Assembly: GCA_041615815.1 (NCBI GenBank)
Contig: JBFJCP010000042.1
Span: 1-29,150, forward strand
Source of the DNA: Gemmatimonadales bacterium
GTDB taxonomy: Bacteria > Gemmatimonadota > Gemmatimonadetes > Gemmatimonadales > GWC2-71-9
DNA length: 29,150 bases
Direction of reading: 5' to 3'
The notes under the pieces were generated by a model, which saw only the letters and a program-made list of their open reading frames with translations, was not told the DNA's origin and did no database searches. The translations under genes and the position numbers were made by a program. Positions 25,315 to 29,150 of this stretch are shown piece by piece; within the stretch, counting starts at the first letter, position 1, and each line of letters starts with the position of its first letter.

Positions 25315-26187
25315 TTACTGGCGACGATTGTTCCGCAGGGCTGCGTGGGTGGTCAGCGTGTCGACGACATGTTCCATGGACCCCGAGACCCTCCGCACCG
25401 CCTGGGCGCTGCGACCGATGGCCTGAATCCCCACGCGTGCCACCATGTTTCGATTCACGGTGGCCGCGCCTGTCGTATCGAAGTAAGCAAACTGGAGGCC
25501 CGCCTGAGCCATGGGTCCGAGGATGGGCTGTATCGGGCCCCATCCAGACCCTTTGGTGAACACGCGCGAGCCAAGCCAGTAGTCGCCCGCGACGTCAGCG
25601 TACGTGAATAGCTGGACCATCTCGAACCCTCGAACCGGCGAGCCCTCCTGTACTCCCACCAATCCGCCCACGGGCCAAACATTGTCTAGGGTCACGGTGA
25701 CACTGGGCGCGGCCATAGGGCAGGCCGTCTCGAGCGTCGGCGTGGCCGTCACGTTGGCGTGGACCCACAGATCGTCGCTGCGGGTCGTGGGATCGTTCTC
25801 GGCATACAGCAGCAGGGAGTCCCTCATGCCGTCGATGCCGCGTAACCCGTACGACGGGTTGCGCCACAGGATCACGGTGCCGGTGGCGCCGGCACTGATG
25901 GGTGGCTGGCACACGAAGAAGAGGCTTCGCATGGCCTTGTAGCTGATCAGGGTGTCGCCCATCGTCACGATGTCGCTGTCCACCGTGTCCGAGGCGTTCA
26001 ACTCCATCAGCTCGCTCGGCAACAGTGTGACCGCGGCTCGCACGTTCCCCTGCATCTCCACCCGTTCGGTCTGCTGCCGGTAGATCCGTTGGTTGCTCAA
26101 CAACAACTGGTACACGGAGCCCGCCACCAGCGTGGTCAGCACCAATGCCACGAGTAACTCGATCAACGTAAAGCCACGCCGGCTCAT
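25315..26187 (-). CDS. pilW: PilW-like minor pilin
   Basis: RRG|FTLIELL prepilin motif, GLQFAYFD and C-terminal ALRN. Confidence 0.82.
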   Translation of the reverse strand: MSRRGFTLIELLVALVLTTLVAGSVYQLLLSNQRIYRQQTERVEMQGNVRAAVTLLPSELMELNASDTVDSDIVTMGDTLISYKAMRSLFFVCQPPISAGATGTVILWRNPSYGLRGIDGMRDSLLLYAENDPTTRSDDLWVHANVTATPTLETACPMAAPSVTVTLDNVWPVGGLVGVQEGSPVRGFEMVQLFTYADVAGDYWLGSRVFTKGSGWGPIQPILGPMAQAGLQFAYFDTTGAATVNRNMVARVGIQAIGRSAQAVRRVSGSMEHVVDTLTTHAALRNNRRQ

Positions 26188-26209
26188 TGCTCGCTCCCCT
26201 TTATCTGCG

Positions 26210-26557
26210 TCAACAAGGAATCGTCGTCACGAACGTATCCGCCCGCATCCCACGTCCCGTGGGCGACTGCACGACCACGGTCACCCCCTCCGCGCGCCCG
26301 CCCGCCACCGTCTGCACCGACCACGACACCGCGTAGGGTCCCTGCTGCTGGCTCCCGTCCGCCATGTTGGGACAGCTCACGCTTCGCAACATCTCGAACC
26401 GCTGTCCTGCCACCGCACTCGCCTCGCTATAGCGTTGCCCCTGTCCGATCATGCGGGTCGTAACGGCGGCACTCGCCACCAGCCCCAAGAGCCCGATCCC
26501 CAACACCAAGACCGCGATCAAGACCTCGACGACCGTGAATCCTCGATTGTCCGTCAT
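26210..26557 (-). CDS. pilV: PilV-like minor pilin
   Basis: NRG|FTVVEVLIAVLVLGIGLLGL prepilin motif; 115 aa with a Cys pair. Confidence 0.82.
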   Translation of the reverse strand: MTDNRGFTVVEVLIAVLVLGIGLLGLVASAAVTTRMIGQGQRYSEASAVAGQRFEMLRSVSCPNMADGSQQQGPYAVSWSVQTVAGGRAEGVTVVVQSPTGRGMRADTFVTTIPC

Positions 26558-26991
26558 CGCAGTACCCTCCCCGCCCGCGAGATCAGAATCGTGTCCGCAT
26601 AACTTCCCCGGGTCACGATGATCGTCGTGGATCCCGTCGTCGCTCCAATCCCTCGCGGATCGAAGACCAGGGAATCCGAGCTGGCCGAGACATAGGCCCC
26701 GAAGCGCTGGTACATGTTCTCGACGTGCCCCACCGTATCCACGGCACCGGTGACCGGATGCCGCGAGCGGATAACCAGGTCACCGCCCGAGAGCTGCAAG
26801 CTCGTGGCGGTACCGCGCTGCACGGCGGACGCCTTGGACTTGGCGACCATGCCGATCACGGCGTTGCGGGCCGAACGCATGCCCTGCTTGGTCATCGCTT
26901 GTCCGATTCGCGGGACGGTGATCGCCACCAGCGCCCCAATGAGCACCAGGGCGATTATGAGCTCCGCTACTGTCAGTCCTCGTCGATTCAT
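26554..26991 (-). CDS. fimT: FimT/FimU-like minor pilin
   Basis: RRG|LTVAELII, KSKASAVQRG, LVFDPRG and ISRAGRV; ATGA coupling to pilV. Confidence 0.8.
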   Translation of the reverse strand: MNRRGLTVAELIIALVLIGALVAITVPRIGQAMTKQGMRSARNAVIGMVAKSKASAVQRGTATSLQLSGGDLVIRSRHPVTGAVDTVGHVENMYQRFGAYVSASSDSLVFDPRGIGATTGSTTIIVTRGSYADTILISRAGRVLR

Positions 26992-27025
26992 CGGTCCTAC
27001 CCTATGTCAGTCGAAGACATTCCAT

Positions 27026-27041
27026 CTCAAGAATGATACCA
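27026..27041 (-). promoter_or_regulatory. Candidate non-canonical sigma-54 promoter TGGTATCATTCTTGAG of the minor pilin operon
   Basis: TGG-N8-TTG spacing is correct, but -12 is GA instead of GC. An IHF-like site is adjacent. Confidence 0.4.
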
Positions 27042-27042
27042 A

Positions 27043-27073
27043 ACCGTAAACCATTGGTATATAATCACTTATA
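27043..27073. promoter_or_regulatory. IHF-like AT-rich site ACCGTAA-N13-AATCACTTATA (second copy at 14906-14936)
   Basis: Contains TACCAA-N4-TTA on the minus strand, one mismatch to WATCAA-N4-TTR. Confidence 0.5.
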
Positions 27074-27285
27074 CGTTCTTCTCTGCACTGTGGTTCGTGC
27101 ACGAAGTTGCATGAGATGCAGGTTCATGCACGCCGTCGCGGGCAGGTTCGGGTCCTAATAAGCATCGGCCGCACCCGCCCAGGCCTTCAGTCGCGCTCTT
27201 CACGGTAGCGCGGCTCGAACCCTTGGATTGTGATGGAGTTAACAGTCAGGTACTGCGGAGCGTACGCGAGTAGGCTGGGCGCGAC

Positions 27286-27319
27286 GGAGCCCCGGCCGTC
27301 ACAAGACGACCGGGGCTCC
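27286..27319 (-). terminator. Long GC hairpin after the lipoprotein gene (possible terminator or stabiliser)
   Basis: GGAGCCCCGGCCGTC-ACAA-GACGACCGGGGCTCC, a 15-bp stem with one G-U pair on the minus strand; no U tract. Confidence 0.5.
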
Positions 27320-27369
27320 CGTTTCGCCGGGCGCTGTTTGTCGTGGCCCAGCGTGTTGCTGCTACTCGG

Positions 27370-28287
27370 CTACTTGTGCGGCTGGTCGAAATGCGCCTGG
27401 ATGTTACCTCCGTCCAGGAAGCCCTCGACAAAGAGAACTTCCGTACCGCTGTCGTCGAAAATCCTAATCGACGCCCAATCGCACACCTGAGGGTCATCCG
27501 GAGACGTGCCCAGTTGACAGGGCTCCTTGGATCCCGGCTCGCCGGCGTCGACAAAGGTGAAATGAACCTCGGATCTCCCACCTTCGTTGTTGAGGACGCC
27601 TCCAGCAACGGCATTGAAGGTGTCAAACGGCGCCGGGGGAGGATCCGGCTGGACGTTGGGATCGTCGACACAATCGGTTACGATATCTTCCTTCGTGATG
27701 TGCCACTTGTTCCCGCCGCGCCAGTTGATCTCGAGGTTGTTGGTCAGCGTCACGTCACAGTGGATCGTGAACCCGCGAGTGATCCGGACGCCATCCATGC
27801 GGAGCTGGAACCCCCCGCCGGTCATACGACCCAGGAGAGGCTCACCGCCGTCGGTCGGGTTGGTGAAGGTGACGGTCGCGCCCTTTTTCCCGCTCACACG
27901 GACCTGGACGAAGTTGTCGTCCACAAAGTAGCAGGCCCCGGCCAACCCAGTTTCCTCGCACACGAGCGATTCGGGCTGGGTCGTCTCAAAGATCGTGACG
28001 AAGTTGATAGTCACCTGGCTGAACCACTCGTGGACAACCACACATTCACCGTCGCTAACGGTGACAGTGCTGCTCACACCGTTGATGCTGACCACGAACT
28101 CGCCCGTGCCCTCGATTTTGCACAGCTTGACCTTGCCCAGCTCGGGCTCGGCGCTCACGACCGAGAAGAGCGGACTGTCCACGGACTTGACTTGCGGCGC
28201 AGTGCCCTCGGTGCACCCGCTGAATAGGGCCAGCGCCGCAGCCAGCGTCCCCCATCCAGCGAGTCGGGCGCGATTTCGTTCAGACAT
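27370..28287 (-). CDS. Cys-rich lipoprotein of unknown function (start reassigned to ATG 28287, 305 aa)
   Basis: SD GGAGG; lipobox LFSG-C; beta-rich N-domain; C-domain GRMTGGG...GFTIHCD...NNLEINW...DAGEPG...GNIQAH. Confidence 0.8.
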   Translation of the reverse strand: MSERNRARLAGWGTLAAALALFSGCTEGTAPQVKSVDSPLFSVVSAEPELGKVKLCKIEGTGEFVVSINGVSSTVTVSDGECVVVHEWFSQVTINFVTIFETTQPESLVCEETGLAGACYFVDDNFVQVRVSGKKGATVTFTNPTDGGEPLLGRMTGGGFQLRMDGVRITRGFTIHCDVTLTNNLEINWRGGNKWHITKEDIVTDCVDDPNVQPDPPPAPFDTFNAVAGGVLNNEGGRSEVHFTFVDAGEPGSKEPCQLGTSPDDPQVCDWASIRIFDDSGTEVLFVEGFLDGGNIQAHFDQPHK

Positions 28288-28475
28288 GAATGGTGCCTCC
28301 AGTTGACGGTTTCCGGAAATCGTGTCCACGGGTCCACACAAACTGGCGAGCGGCGCTCAACCGGGCCGCGTTACTGCACTACTCGAGAAGTCAGCAACGC
28401 TGCGCGGCGCGTTGGGTAAGCTCGTAGGTGTGGATGCAAGAAAATGGCAAGAAGTGTTCCCCAGCACAGACATTT

Positions 28476-28491
28476 TGTGACAAACATCACA
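28476..28491. promoter_or_regulatory. CRP/FNR-family box TGTGA-CAAACA-TCACA
   Basis: Perfect consensus with AT-rich flanks, upstream of the lipoprotein gene. Confidence 0.65.
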
Positions 28492-28749
28492 AGCTCAATT
28501 GTGCCAAGTAATTCACGCACTGATGCATACCATCCACAGGTGGCGATTTCGTTGCGGATCGCCTACGGGACGGGGAGTTGGTACTAATGCGTGCGAGAGA
28601 CAATCCCGCGTCGAGAAATGGTGTGGAACGCTGGCGCAATCCTGGCGCCTCGGGTCGAACAGAGGGTGACGCAGCGAGCCCCAACCCCTGCAACGAGGTC
28701 GGGGCTCGGAGGCCGGTCCGCCTGGGACCGGTCTAGAGGCCGCGTCACC

Positions 28750-29148
28750 TCAGAAGGTAGTGCCGCCATCACCCTCGTTTCGATCCAGCGGACACCCCTG
28801 TTCGTTCGAAGCCTCGAATATGTTCTTGAGACCTTCAACGTCTCCGCCAGGGTACACGGCGTTGAAGGCCGCGATCACCTGAGCGACGGTCGCATCGGAA
28901 GCAACGTCCGGCGATGCAGCGTTCAACAAGGCAGCAATTGTGTGACGTCCGAGCGCCTTGAGACCACCGCCACCCTGTTTCAACACTTGCAGCAGCGTCT
29001 TGCCGGGGAATGCGTCCTCGAATACGGCCGAGAACTGCGTGCTCGGCGTGAAGGGCGCCGTCCACCAGCCAAAATGCTGCGACTGCTTCCAAAAGCCCGG
29101 CGTGCAGCCGTCACCACCCGGCGGCGGGGGCGGCGGGGGCGGCGGGGG
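28750..29148 (-). CDS. 3' part of a probable secreted/surface protein: poly-Pro linker plus GCTPGFWK...AALLNA...NEQGCPL domain
   Basis: Frame open from the window edge: PPPPPPPPPPGGDGCTPGFWKQSQHFGWW...RHTIAALLNAAS...SNEQGCPLDRNEGDGGTTF*. Confidence 0.8.
   Translation of the reverse strand, partial: PPPPPPPPPPGGDGCTPGFWKQSQHFGWWTAPFTPSTQFSAVFEDAFPGKTLLQVLKQGGGGLKALGRHTIAALLNAASPDVASDATVAQVIAAFNAVYPGGDVEGLKNIFEASNEQGCPLDRNEGDGGTTF
29122..29148. repeat. 9-bp tandem repeat (CGGCGGGGG)x3 encoding poly-Pro
   Basis: Three exact copies at the window edge. Confidence 0.85.
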
Positions 29149-29150
29149 CG

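Noticed and set aside
28493..28507. Sigma-54 promoter TTGGCACAATTGAGC upstream of the lipoprotein gene
   Set aside because: GG-to-GC spacing is 9 rather than the required 10 nt.
28541..28556. Plus-strand GG-N10-GC (TGGCGATTTCGTTGCG)
   Set aside because: No plus-strand gene or evident sRNA terminator downstream; could be chance.
29119..29150. G-rich repeat as a CRISPR, contingency locus or G-quadruplex element
   Set aside because: Explained by in-frame poly-Pro codons; the 9-bp unit preserves the frame.
1..29150. tRNA, rRNA, CRISPR array, IS elements or defence systems
   Set aside because: No cloverleaf, repeat-spacer array, transposase or defence motifs were seen by eye.

Overview
A GC-rich bacterial chromosomal segment with almost all genes on the minus strand. 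The gene content and protein style tentatively suggest Gemmatimonadota, which is an inference. In transcription order (right to left) it holds: a partial Pro-rich secreted-type protein and a Cys-rich lipoprotein; a type IVa pilus locus (fimT/pilV/pilW/pilX-like minor pilins, pilMNOPQ, then an 829-aa Ig-repeat/beta-propeller lipoprotein); aroC-aroK; topA-trmFO-xerC-hslV-hslU; argF-gcvT-mogA and a sigma-54 activator with an Asp-less receiver; and a convergent htpX on the plus strand. The left end is the most unusual part. It has a ferredoxin/[FeFe]-hydrogenase-like/FeS/GGDEF diguanylate cyclase that has lost most H-cluster cysteines, co-transcribed with a 243-aa unknown protein. These are followed by a terminator, a sigma-54-type promoter, a ~177-nt GGA-rich leader and an ORF missing from the track (MLSWLAAMFGAIFM...) with a perfect SD, which runs off the window. 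Together these form a candidate Fe-S-sensing c-di-GMP/small-peptide module. Three CRP-type boxes (TGTGA-N6-TCAC[A/T]) sit upstream of the cyclase, pilM and the lipoprotein gene. I found no tRNA, rRNA, CRISPR array or IS element.
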